Assembly: GCA_051294375.1 (NCBI GenBank)
Contig: CM119265.1
Span: 27,162,517-27,226,516 of the forward strand
DNA: 64,000 nt
Direction: 5' to 3'
DNA from: Paraspadella gotoi
Lineage: Eukaryota; Animalia; Chaetognatha
Shown here: positions 22,811 through 35,700 of the stretch, piece by piece
Numbering within the stretch: the first letter of the stretch is position 1
Layout of the letters: every line of letters starts with the position of its first letter
The notes under the pieces: generated by a model
Seen by the model: only the letters and a program-made list of their open reading frames with translations
What the model was told of the DNA's origin: nothing
Databases searched by the model: none
Program-made: the position numbers and the translations under genes

Positions 22811-25582
22811 TCACATTTTCATCTCCCGCCCCCAAAACTTCTCCCTCCTCTCTTTCGCCCGTCCGAGAATATCCTCCGCCCGCGAGAGGCTGCGAGCGCT
22901 CATCATGCTCGTCTCCGACGCGGCGCTTTCGGCGGGCGATGGGCTCCGGCCCCTCGCGGCCACCGGAACGGCCCACCGCGCCGGTGCTGCGGCTGCCGCG
23001 GCGGGGTCGACTTCGCGCCGGAAATCGATCTTCTTCGTCGGCGCCGGGATCAAGGAAGAGGAAGAGCGAGAGGAGGCGACGGAGGCGCCGCAATCGCAAT
23101 ATTTCCGCGCGTCGAATTTTGGCTGCGGACCCGGCGGACGCGGCTGTGGCTGCTGTGGCTGCCGAGATCGGGCAAGGTTCTGCCGCGGCTGAGGCTCCGG
23201 CCGCGGAGTTGGATCACTGTCGGCCGACAGGAGAACCTGGAAGGTTTAGAAGATATGACAGGACCAAACAGATGGCAATTTTAATTAAAGTGAAACAAAT
23301 GACAACCGGATACCGAGCTTTGAGTCCATCACAGTAAATAAACAGCTCTTCCGAAACCATACGCGATCTCAGCCTGATCTCCTAACCGTCACCCGACACA
23401 ATTTTCCCAACCTGTTCCTCCGGCGACAACTCGGAAATCCTAGAAGACAAAGAAGCATCGTTCTCCGCGTGACCGACTCCCTCCAAGTCTAACGACAACT
23501 CCTCTTTCGAAGGCGCCGCCTCTCGAGCCCCCATTCCAGCCTCACGAGTTTCTGGCGACCGAGACATCTCGGTGCGGCGCCGATTCGAGCCCAAAGGTTC
23601 CGGCGCTTCATCTCGACCTTCGACCTCGTCCTCCGCTTGCGTCGTCTTCGGAACCGTTTGCTCATCCTCCTCATTTCGCGGCGTCACGCTCTCCCTTCGC
23701 GGCGTCTCCCTCTCCATCGCACTCTCGCTCTCTCTCCGTCTTCGCATCTTCGTCAACTCATCGTTGACGAAGCGATCCTTGTACTCGGCTGCCTTCTCGC
23801 GCAGCTCCAGCACTTCCTTGAACCAAGCGTTGAGCGGAGGAGCTGGGGGCGTGGAAGGGTCGTCGGGGGAAACGGGGAGCGAGAGTGGAGGAGCGGCTGG
23901 AGCGGATTTGAAGACGCCGTTTTCGTAGCGGAAGGAGGAGAAGGGGAGGAAGCTGGCCTGAGGAGGAGGAAAGGAGCCGGGGAGGAAGAGGAAAAGAAGA
24001 GGAAAAGAAGAATAAAGTCGAATTAGAAACCTGGGAATTGTTTTCTGGAAATACGGGTAGCATCTGTATAAAACACAAAGTAAAAATACTTTCTACCCTA
24101 ATTTTATACATTTTATTTTATACATTTTATATATTTATAATTTTATACATTCATGTTAGCAAATCATTATTAAAAAACTAATTTAAAAGGCTGTTATCCA
24201 ATAACAGTTCATTCCAACCCGACGACTCAGTTGATCTCTTGCCCACCTGATACTCTGTCATGTAGGACGAAGGCAAAGGAGCCACGGGCGTCAAGTTGGG
24301 GACGGGACCAGCGATGCGACGAAGACGGGCGCCGTCGGCGTCGCTTCGTGGTGACGTCGAAGTCGACGGCGGAGTGCGACGTTTGACGCCTCCCGAATCG
24401 CGGGAGTCTTCTTTCTTGCCAACATTCTTGACGACTTTCTCCCTTACCCTGCGCCCTTCCCCAGCATTGCTGTTGTTGTTGTTAGCGTTGCTGTTGTTGT
24501 AATTCCCCGCCGCCGCGCTCCAATCCGGATAATGCTCCACCGACGTAGGGACCGCCGTCCTCGCCGCCACCTCGTCGGGGAGCTGCTTCAGCTTCAGTGA
24601 TCCGCCGAAGAACCGGGCGGCGTTCATGATCGGGGATTGCAGCGGGGCGTCCTCGAGCGGCTTCGCCACGAATTCCCGCTCGTATTCGCTCTTGTACTTT
24701 TCCGGCGCCGGCGTAGTAAAAGCCGAGAGTCCGGCTTTGCGGCGCAGGGCTGGATTCGGCGGGGCGTCTGGCAACTCAGGGGCGCCAGTCGGACGGGACG
24801 GACGGTTTTCCTTGTCGACGTTGGTGGCGCCAGTGGCGCGGGTAGGCGTTGTTTTCGTCGAGGAGACGGATTTCTTTTCCGTCGACGAACGAATCGATTT
24901 GCATCGTCGATGATGATGATGATGACGACGACGTCTCCTTCCCTCGATTTTCTCGTCCTCCCGATTGGCCGGCGCCGTGCGATTGGCCGGCTTCCGAAAC
25001 TCGTAAACAGTCTTGGGCGCTGCTTGACCGGCGACGCCGCGATCGGGCCAACGCGGGTTTTGAGCGCCGAGGATGACGTAATCGCCTTTGGGCCCGGCGA
25101 CGACTCGAGGAGCCGGTGGACGACGCTTTCCCTGTCGAGGAGAAAGTAACATTAATTATTATTGCAACAAGATCGGTCCATCCAATGTGTTGCGCCGCAG
25201 TGACTTTCTTAGCCTGTGCATTTAATATTTATTTATTTATTTATTTATTTGAAGGCGGCGCTAGATTTGAGGTTTTTTCCTATCTTAACAAATAGGCAAC
25301 CAAGTATAGGCGAGTTATGCGTATTTTTAACCTAAGTGGGATAGACCGACTGACAGACCGACCGAGTACTCGCGGCGCAGCTAAAAATATTAATTAAATT
25401 CCTTTTGATACTCTCACCTGAATGGGTGGGTTTCTGGCTACGTAAGAACGCGATCGTTCTTCCGTTCCCAATCCCGCGTTTCGACTCTCGTAATCCTCAG
25501 CATCTCGATCGTCGTCGCCGCCGCNNNNNNNNNNGCCGCCGCCGCCGCTGAATTTACGCTGATATTCAGTCAATCCTCTCAT
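22811..25582 (-). CDS. MDM1: Nuclear protein MDM1-like (centriolar microtubule-binding protein), multi-exon
   Basis: Begins RGLTEYQRKF (MDM1 has KGLSEYQRNF), repeated [ST]EY-x-x-x-F motifs (YKSEYEREF, YMTEYQ), LREKAAEYKDR block, and C-terminal SARSLSRAEDILGRAKERREKFWG like the MDM1 C-terminus. Confidence 0.82.
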
Positions 25583-25956
25583 TTCTTTTTTGTTTTTAAA
25601 TTCGGAAAAGGAATTCGAAACGATTCATCTTTTGCTATTAACAAAAGTCATTTCTTTGTTTTGCTGGGGAAAAAAAATAATAATGACTAATTGAGAATAA
25701 AGTCTTAAAATGAGAAAAAAAAACACAAAACATAAATAACGAAGCGACGAGACAAAAAAAATCAAATAGAAATGAACGAAAATGAGGCTTTCATGTCTGG
25801 ATTCATCTGTCATTGAACTTATGCAGCAACTCTGGCACAGGTGGGTCAAATGACCCGGTACTAAAATTGGCTCCATTAACGATAACGCGGAACTTCACGG
25901 TAGAAATGACTGTAAAGCAAAAAAAAAAAACATAACTAGTTAAAAAATGGGGAAGC

Positions 25957-28900
25957 TCAAAGCAGAGAGAACTTCCCGCTTCCCCCGCTGTCCGAATCGT
26001 CGTTTTCGGACATGGCGTAGCCGGACCCGCGGGGACGACCGTACCTGAACCCGCCACCGCCACCGCCGCCAAAACGGCGACCACCGCCGCCGCCGAAGCG
26101 CCCACTCGCACCACCACCACCGCCGCCCCTCTTCTTTTTGCTCCTCCCCTTGCTGCTCTTCTGATATTGGATGAGAGAAGCGACTCGGGCCGTTTCTTGA
26201 GTAACGACGGCCTTGAGGCGGTAGCCCGCGTAGTCGGGCAACATGGTGACCACGTCGGGCATCGAACGGAGAAGATCCTCCAGGGTTTTGAAGCCCAGTT
26301 TGGTAAAGGGGGGCAGGTCGCCCATGAGGGAGCGGTAGTCGGAGACGAATTGATCCATCTCGACCCCTGGGAGACGAGATGGAAGAAATGGATCTCTAAA
26401 TATCAGGTTGGACATTGGACAATAATGAAATCGGGTTTCTTAAACTTATTTGCATATTGTACTTGGGATTGGGTGTTCTTTAAAGTTCAATTTCATTAGT
26501 TTACCATTAAATTTACGCCAATTTCACGAATATTGAACATTTTGAACAAAACGTTTGACTGCTCCAAATATCCAAAAAATTAACTACACGTAATAATATA
26601 GGGTTATCCAAAGATATTCAAAGATCGCTCAGAAAAAACACTTTTCTCTCACCTTGTTTCCCAGCGGAAAGAAGCTGCGATCGAACCAGAGCTTTGATCT
26701 GATCCATCAATTTGTCTCTTTTCTCGTCGTCAGTTTCGGGTTTGAAAAAATTTTGAGCCAGCGGCGGCTTCTTTGGGTTATAGTTGGGCCGAGTGGGAAC
26801 GTTTTGACCCGCGGCTTCCATCTTCAGCTTGTCCCATCCCGTCCCGCCGGAGAGTCCCGATGAATTAACTTTATTCGGTGGCGCCGGGCTCGGAGCCGAG
26901 GCTGCAGCCGCCAAGGGTTTAGACGGAACGGCGCTGGAAGAAGAGCGAGACGAGACGGGGACGGCGGACGGGCCCGTCGGGAAGGCGGGGCCCTTGACCG
27001 ATCGCATCGAAGAAAATGGTGAAGGCGTTGAAAAAGTCGAACGACCTCCTCCGTTTACCGCGCGATTTTGAGTCGAAGGAAATTTGGAGACGGAAGGCTT
27101 CGATGGGTCAACGTTTTGCGGAAAAAATGAGGATTTCGAAACGACGCCATCTTGAGAAGCGATTTTGGTCGGAACTAAAGAGGTGGATGCCCTTGACTCG
27201 TGAGATCTGTAGTGGATCGAAGAGGAAGAGGCAGGAGGAGCCTTCGTCGGCGGCGCGGTTTCAACGCCACCACGGCCCAACGAAGTTTGAGGCTTTGACG
27301 CCGCGGGCTTTGGGCGCGCGAAGCCTCCGAGAGATTCTTCTTTGAGGGATTCCCAAAGGGAGAGACCCTTGGCCGGTTGGTCTGTTGAGTGCAGAAATAA
27401 TTTAAATGGTTCAAGTTTAATATAATAATTTTCTAATTTATGAATTCAATTAAAAGTTTACTTCGCCATCTGAAATTTACTGGGTTTGGGTGGAACCACT
27501 ATGGTTTCTGTTGCGCGAAAGACGCTCGCGTCCTTCGGTTGTGCCTCCGACATTTTCTGTAAATCGGAGGAACCGACGTTGAAGCCGCCGCCGCCGCCAC
27601 CGCCGCCCAGATTTCCTCGACCTCTGCTGATCTCAACCCCGTTCCCCGCCGGCACAGCGGACATTCCAACGACGCCGGAAGATGCCGACGACGCCGTCGG
27701 CGGCGCGACGCGGCCAGCTGCGAATCCTCGTCCGTAGCGCTTCGAGATTGGCTCGAACGCTCGGCTACGCCCTATCGACGTCGTCACGGTCGTCGGCAAC
27801 GCGGAGGCGTTGGCAGAGACGATGCGCGCCTCGGAACACATGATGGGCGCGTGCGAGTCGACGACGACGTCGGCGCGACTGGTGTAGAGAGAGGTCTCTC
27901 CACTGGAGAGGCGGTGGCCGAACGAGTCGTGTCCGTTGAATGCGGCTTGCAGAAGTTTTGACGGAGCGGGCATTGACGGGGGAAGAGGCTGTCGATGCGG
28001 GTCGGGACGAACGATCGGTGGCGAAATTTTGGTAATATCGCCGGCGACCTGTCGCTGCCGCGCCTGCATCGACTGCAACGTCTGTCTCGACTGGTCACGT
28101 GATTGCGTAGTCGCAATCGTCCCGTCGGAAAAAGGAGGTGCCATGGAGGGCTTGGGCGGCGGTGCTGGCGTTTTCGCGTCCGGCAACAACTTTTCCTTCT
28201 GTGGCGCGGGCAGCGGATCTTCGAACTGGGACGAGATGCGCTCCACCGTCGGCGCCGGATCCGCCGGATCTCTCACCATAACGCCTCCACCGCCTCGCCC
28301 GAATCCTCCGCTCGCTCCCGGCTGCCATTTACGAATCTCAACCATCGCCGCTTCTTCCTCTTCGCTCTCGAAATGAGAGTCGACCGTCTCCCAGTTGACG
28401 ACCTTCTCCATCGTCGTCGGCGCCGGAGGGAGATCGGCGATCGGAGTTCGAGGTCGCGGATCGTCGCTGGCGTAGCCCGAACGCGCCCCCGCGGCGGGGG
28501 GTGCCGGGGATGGCGCCTCATGGCGACGCCGGACGCCGATACCGCGGCCGCGACCGCAAACGAGGGCGGGTAAGGTAGAAGAAAGGCGAGCTCCGCGGCC
28601 GAATGAGTGGACGGGAAGTTGCGGCGCCGAGGGGTTTAGTGGGGACGGCGAGGACGGCGGCGGTGTTCTGGAAAAGAAGTAGAAAAAATACGTATTAACA
28701 CCGAAGCTCGAAATTAACTTTCCAGTTTCCAACGGTACCATTAGCTCAGCCCACTGTGGAGCGGAGCTGCAATCAGCTGCATCCTTAACAACATTCTCAT
28801 CTTACCTTTCAACGTTGACCAATCGACGTCCCCGCCCGATACCCTCCGCCGGAGAAACCACTTCCGGCACCGGGGACGCCGATGACGCCGCGGCGCCGTC

Positions 28901-31900
28901 CGGCGAGACGCGGGTGGCGAACTTCCGGTCGGTGAGGACGTCGTTGATCCAGAGTTCGTCGCCTCCGGTGGAGATGCAGAGGAAAACGTAGAGGAGACGA
29001 TCTTCTTCTCTGTGCATCAACATCTTCAAGTCGGGAGACTGAGTCAGGGATCTGTGAGTGAATCGAAGTGAGTGAATCAGGGAATCGTGAATTTATTGCG
29101 TTTATTGCGTTGGCAAAGCGAGACCGTCCTAGGGTAACCGCGCCAGTGACTGGAGGCGTCACTGAGGGTCGGAAGCCCCCAAAGCCAACAGTGAGATGCC
29201 CCATCCCAATGGGCATCACAGGCAACCCGGCTGTTGCCATAACTAACCAATTAAATTTACAATTTAAGGAATGCGACATTATACACTAGAGGTATTCCGC
29301 CACAAAACCACTTCTACCAAAATTGCCGACTTTCGTCCAAAACCTGAAATAATCTTGACAGTCCCGACTCCATCCCTGTCCGTCGACGGGCACGACGCTC
29401 TCGAGACGGCACGACAGCGCCGCCGTCGGCTCCTCGAAGAATTCGCGCTTGAGAAGGCGGAGGTGGGCGCGGTAGACGACGTCGACCACGCCCACGTCGA
29501 CGAACGTCACGCGGACGTAGTTGATGGACGGGACGGCGCCGACGAGGCCGCGGTGCCAACGGCCGGCGCGAAAAGCGGCAACGGGAAGAGAAGCGCGGAG
29601 GAGGCTTCGCGCGGTAAGGGTATAATTTTTTTAATAAAACTTATATTTACATTAATAAATATATAACAGCTCGAGGGACTAACCTCTCAGGGACTCGATA
29701 GAGCGCGCTCTGCGAAGAAGCTTCCCTTCCGTCGCCGTAAAAATCATTCATCTGACGACGAAGGCGACTGACCGACCAATCGGTGACCGGACGTCCGGGT
29801 CGATCGCTCACGTTCACCCAAAAATCTAAAAGGCGGGGGAGAGTGGGGGAAAAATACATACAAAATAAATAACTAAATTAATAAAAATAAATAATAATTA
29901 ATAAATCGATAAACATCCTACCGGACGGACTGTTGAGCAAAGAGATTTCGACGTCGTGCAGAACCTCCGGCGGTGGCGTCGGCGCCAACCGGAAGTTCCC
30001 TTCGGTGACGGCGTCGACGGCGAGACCGAGCGGCGTCGTGAGTTTCGACGAGTTGGAGGTCGACGCGAAACTGAAAAGAAGAAAACGGATTAAAATAAAA
30101 AAAGGATAGAAAAGTAAATAAGAAAAAGAAAATACGGACAGAAAATGAAAAAGAAAGTAAAATTACTGGAAAACTGGAATAGACAAAGAAGAAAATTAAA
30201 AACAGAAACAAATCGTGCGTTAGTACATAACGCGAAAATAGGTAAAAAGATGTTTAAAAAAAAAACAATGGAAAAGATTATCTAGGGGAAAAAAAATCAA
30301 AATTTAGCTCACATCATCTTCTCCCCGTCCACTCCTTCGACGAGAAAGCAGACGTCGGCGCACTTCTCGACGAGCTCTTCCAAGCTCCCGCATCCCATGG
30401 CTCTTGGGTCGAGGACGACGCCGAAGCTGTCGGCGAAAACGCGAGGGAGATCTCGGAGACGGAGGCCGCGGGAGGCGCGGAGGAAAGACTGGAGGCGTTC
30501 GAGGGTTTCCAGGGCGGAGACGGAGAGAGGCGGGGATGAGGAGGAGGAGGTAGTGTCGGAGATGCGGACGACGTAAGGACCCGTTCGATCCGGACGAGTC
30601 AAGCTGAGGCCTGGGATGTCGTGGAGCATCTCCAGAGGAGAGACGTAGCCGTAGTTTCTGAAAAATAATAATTAAAATATACTAATTTAATTAAATCTAT
30701 CTTTTTGTTCGTTTGTTCTCTCTCTCTTTCTCTATGCTCACTTATAAGGCATCTCCTCCTCGTAGGCCTTGAAGTAAGTGTCGACGAGCATGTCGTGAGT
30801 GATTCCTTCGGGGACGTTGTTCAAGAGTTCCGTCAATCGAGCCCTGATTTTGGCGTCGACGAGACCATGGAGCAGATCGGAAGGAGTCATCTTCGCCGTC
30901 ACTATGACGCCGTCCGAGGAAGATTCTGAAAGAAGACTTTTTTGGATGATGAATAATTGAATATTTTTTTCAATTTTTCGTATAAAATAAAAAAAATTAT
31001 CAATCCATTTAATAAATAAGCTATCTTGTCCCCCGACAGGTTAAGGCCTCAATACCTCTTACAAGATTATAACATAGCGGGACCATGCCAGCTTTCAATC
31101 TGAGCTCTCTTACAGTCCAGTAAATTCACTACTAGAGTATCAAGCTGCCCTATCAATTACCAAGTGGTACAACGATACAATACTTATAAAATTGATACAA
31201 CTAAATACTCAATCCCCCCATTAAAAACCCGACCCCCCCTCTTCCCTGCACACCTTTCAAACCGACTGCGTTGGACACGGAAGACAGCATCGTCAACACC
31301 GAATCGAAACCCAGCGTCGCCGGCGCCAGATCTTCCCCGAACTTGTCGCGATAGGCGCCGCGAAACGACGCCGTCGTCACGGGAGTCGAGGCCGCGTGGA
31401 GCAGCTCGAGGATGCGTCGCCGATGCCAGGCGGGGACGTAGGGTTTGGAGAAGACGCGACGGGGACGCGGACCGCGAGATTCCGGTTGGGAGTCTTTCTC
31501 GATCTTTCATGTGAAGGGAGGAATTTGGGATTAAGATCTGACGAAATTTGCTGTTAGAAGATTTACTGGGATTTAGATTTACTGGGATTTAGATTTACTG
31601 GGATTTAGATTTAGACCTGATGTGCGACGAGATTCGTGATGTGTTCGTCGCATTTCAAAGGCGCCGCTTTCACCATCGTTTCTCCTCCTTCTTTCTCTTC
31701 CATCACAACAGATTCGGGAATTTGGTCGAGAAACTCGCGTAAGCTGAGTGAAATTAGTGATGAAGACTTGAAAAGCCATAGCATTCTTACAATTCTTACA
31801 CTCTTAGTTCAATTTAGAAATGGCATTTCTTAACTCTATAATATCATGTGCACGCTGCACACATAAATAGCTCGAGGTCAACATGCGAAACGCAAACATG

Positions 31901-32203
31901 AAAAGCCAAATGAAATCAGAGTTTCTCAATCTTATTTGCATATTGTAGAAGTTTAAATCTCAGTTTAATAATAATAATTGAGTTTTCCAAGTAACGTTTA
32001 ATAATATTTAGTTATCACAAAATTCATCCACGACAAATTTATCTCCACCTCTGATATCCCAACCGCCGGAGCTCGATCCCTCGGCCGACGAAGCGCCGGT
32101 AGTCGCGGTCGAGCAGGTTGAGGGGGATGCCGTCTCTGCTGGAGACCAACACCGCGTGAAGAGTCTTCTTCGTCTCTTTCTCCAAAAGTTCGCGCTCGGA
32201 CAT
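25957..32203 (-). CDS. TDRD5: TDRD5/Tejas-like LOTUS-Tudor protein: eLOTUS-LOTUS-LOTUS-Tudor-disordered-eLOTUS-RGG
   Basis: ATG 32203 gives MSERELLEKETKKTLHAVLVSSRDGIPLNLLDRDYRRFVGRGIELRRLGYQ|SLREFLDQIPE..ITNLVAHQ (eLOTUS). LOTUS 2 lies at ~30890-30600 and LOTUS 3 at ~30520-30330. Tudor reads RWHRGLV..VRVTFVDVG..LRLLKREF..ALSCRL. A second eLOTUS lies at ~26730-26160. The 3' end is uncertain. Confidence 0.8.
29142..29242 (+). mobile_element. SINE family B 3' structured domain (partial copy, TDRD5 intron)
   Basis: CCAGTGACTGGAGGCGTCACTGAGGGTCGGAAGCCC..GATGCCC..GGGCATCACAGGCAACCC..GTTGCCATA is shared with 51427-51717 and with the reverse complement of 33511-34226. Confidence 0.75.
31556..31615. 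repeat. 17-bp tandem repeat (AGATTTACTGGGATTT-type) x~3.5 in TDRD5 intron
   Basis: Directly visible tandem units. Confidence 0.85.
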
Positions 32204-32720
32204 TTTTCATTTAATTATTGGCTTTTTATTTTATAAATTAAGTCTTCTTTCTTTTGAAGGACTGGCTCTGTAGTAACGAAGGAAAAACAAAAGGCAAATA
32301 CGGATACAAAGGCCGGCAACGAAAAATCTTTTTTTTAATTCGTAAACAAACACGGACGAGTGACGAGTGGCCGATGAGAAAGACCTATTCGATACACGAG
32401 CGAAGCGACATGGCTCTCAAAAAGAAAAAACGAATCAGAACGAATCAAAATGAAAAAAAGGAAAATTGTTAAATTCGAATACAAACAAAATTGGAAGCGG
32501 CAACAAAAATACAGATTTCAGTTCAAATTCCAAATTTTCAATTAACTACTTATTTCATTTTATAAATAGCTATAACTCGGCTACGATTAAACTAATAATG
32601 GACGAATGTCGGTACAAACTAATCTGGAAGTAGTGAAGTTTTTTTTTGTTTTCTAGAAAAGTTTATAAATGTTAAAGCGAATATAAACGATTGCGATGTC
32701 ATAGAGTTCTCTATTTTTTT

Positions 32721-35700
32721 CTACGAGTTCGTCAAAAAATCCCAAATTTGGAAAGGAGTGGAGGCGCCGAATCCGACGATGTCGAGAGAGTTGGGATCCT
32801 CGGGGTGGGCGACGGTGAACATCTTGGAGGAGGCGCCGACGACGACCAACTTGGCCTCCACGCCCACCGCGGCCCGGTAAGCCTTCAGCGCCTCCGACGG
32901 CTTGGGCAGGGACGACTTCGGAGTGGAGAAGACACCGGTGAAGACGACGAAGGCGTCGAAACGCGTTTTGGAGGCGGCGTAGAAGTTTAACATCCCGCCG
33001 ATGTCCACGGGCCCTTTGACAATCTGGAGAGGGACGGGGAACGATTTAAAATAATGTATTAATATTGATAAATATAGACGTAAACGTCATATTTTTTTAA
33101 AAACCTTTTCGGATTTGGCGACGACGTGAGTGGGCGTGTCCAACTGCTTTACTTCGATCTCCTCCATTTTTATTTCGAGATCATATTCCTCGTCGGCTTT
33201 GTCCGGACTCTTTGTGCGACTGAAGCCGGCGACCTGACCAAGCCCAAATTATTATAAAGTATTAAATTTATTGATTGAATTAATTTCTCGGAAATTCCGC
33301 GCTACTCGTGACAAGTCAACGAAGTAAACATTTTCATATTTACAAAGACGATGCCACGAGCCGTTCCCCGTCAGTTCCACACAAGTTTCAGTAATTTTGA
33401 AATGACTTTAGCGCCGCCGCTAGGTGTTGCTGATTCTGGGACGGGTTGTTCCATTGTGGGGTACGACGACAACATCCCCATTCAGAAAATGCGGGCAGAA
33501 TAATATTGTCTTATGGCAACGGGAGGATAGCCTGTGATACCCGGGGCGGGGACTAACACAAACTGGCGTAGGGCTGCGGACCCTCAGTGACCGCCTCCTG
33601 TCACTGGCATGTTTATACCGGCACCGTCACATTTAAGCCAGAACCGGGATACCCAGGGATTGAACCCGGGACGCACGGATGGAATGAGATGATTTAGCCT
33701 GCTCAGCCATTGAGACGAGGCTGAGGACGGACAGCAGTGAGGCAGCTTTAAGTCTTGCTGCCACAGGATCCCCCCACCAGACTTCTCCACAGGGGCCTCA
33801 ATCCTGAGGAGATGTCTGAGAGAAGGTTTTGATCTCATTGCCATAGTGAGAGCGAGTCTGGAGCGTTACCAGAGAAGTAGGGCATAGGCGTGATATGCAT
33901 ACCCTAAGCGACGTAAGCGTGGGCGCATGGTGCACAGCGGTTGCGTGTTCGAGAGTAGGGCTCACCACTTATGGCAACGGGAGGATAGCCTGTGATACCC
34001 GGGGCGCGGGGTATCTCACAAACTGGCGTAGGGGCTGCGGACCCTCAGTGACCACCTCCTGTCACTGGCATGTTTATACCGGCACCATCACATTTAAGCC
34101 AGAACCGGGATACCCAGGGATTGAACCCGGGACGCACGGATGGAATGAGATGATTTAGCCTGCTCAGCCATTGAGACGAGGCTGAGGACGACAGCAGTGA
34201 GGCAGCTTTAAGTCTTGCTGCCACAGTCTCTAGATAATGTTAAAAAGCATTTCTCCTCACCACCCCTGCTCCTTCGATAACGACGACACCACCGACACCA
34301 ACTCCCCACTCCCGCCTCCACCAACTGACCTGACAACCTTCGCCGAATTGGTTCTTGTAGACGCAGATCATGACGGCGGCGACGTCGGAGCTGGTGATGC
34401 CGACGAGGCCTTTCACCGGAGGGTCCTTCATCGATTTAGGATCCAAGTCGAGGGCGATGAGGATCGATTTCTCCAAACGAGGGAGGCACTGGAGATAAAA
34501 TTAATTAATAAATTAATAAATCGTTTACTAATTGCATATTTATGTCCATTGTCCAACAAAGATAACTCGACGGAACCTCGAGGGTGATCGAGTAACATCT
34601 GCAGGCGGCGGCGATGATCTCCGGTCGCACTTCCCACGACCGCGTGGCGCATCGGCGCATCTTTGCCTTTTTGCCGTCGACGACGACCGGGTCGAACTCG
34701 CGGTAGCGGCCAACCTCGAATCGCCGCAGACCAATCACCGTTTCGAAGGGATGGATCCTAAGGCGGAAAAGATAAGGAAGGAAAATAGAAAAAGGAGAAA
34801 GAATGGAAGGGAAGAGAGAAAGAAGAAAAAAGAGAAAGAAGAAAAGAGAGAAGAAAAAAGAAGGAGAAAAGACTCACCTCTCCGCCATCAAACGTTCCTT
34901 GTTGGTGAGAATTTGAACGACGTCTTCTTCGGGGGAGATCGACGGCGATGCCCTGGCGAGGCCACAGTCGCTCAGGAGAGGCAGCAAGAAAAGCACCTGA
35001 AGTGGAGAAAGTAAAAATGCTTTTTCAATAAAATTAAAAGGTTTTTTTTTTCTTTAAAAACATTTAAACTAACTTTTCGGACGGTCATTTTAGAAATCAT
35101 GGCTCTGACGACGGGAGGACTCTTCCACCAAAATGTAGGAACGCCATCCATCACGGGAACCTTGAATAAATAAAAAAGACGCCAATAAAGATATGATTAA
35201 TTGATTAGTGATCGAAAAAAAAAGAAACCCTCTCAAAAAGCGTTGGTACCTGAATTTCGCTTAGGATTGAGGCGGCGATGGTGGCTTGGTCGCAATGACC
35301 CCTCGGATCCTCGTCCTTTTTGAAAGGCTTTATTTCCTTCTGCAGTCCATTGAGACTCGACAACTTTTTCAAGTAACTGCGAAAAGAGGAAGAGTGATAT
35401 TAGACAACATGGCCCAAAAAAAAAAAAAAAATCCCAATTCACATAATATTCAACGAGGCCCCAACAAACCAAAAGAGCAAAACCCCTTTCTCTAAAATCC
35501 TCGACTTACCCAAGGACGAGTTGGGCTTTTTCGTCCAGCGTCCCGTTCTTCTCGAATTTTTCACAGAGTTTCATCACCGTCTTCTGGCTCGTTCCTCTCG
35601 AGCTCTTCGTCTTGGATTTGTACTTTTCGAGGCCGAGGTAAGTGAGGACCACGTCGGTTGCTGATGGAAAAAATGGGTCAATGTGAGGAATGGAAGGATC

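Noticed and set aside
31556-31615. Short direct repeats as a possible CRISPR-like array (also 35910-35960)
   Set aside because: Head-to-tail tandem units without spacers in a eukaryotic gene; the second encodes KQSP repeats.
33584-34158. ORFs 33584..33844, 33895..34158, 28809..29279 and 51472..51789
   Set aside because: Chance frames running through SINE copies or exon/intron boundaries.
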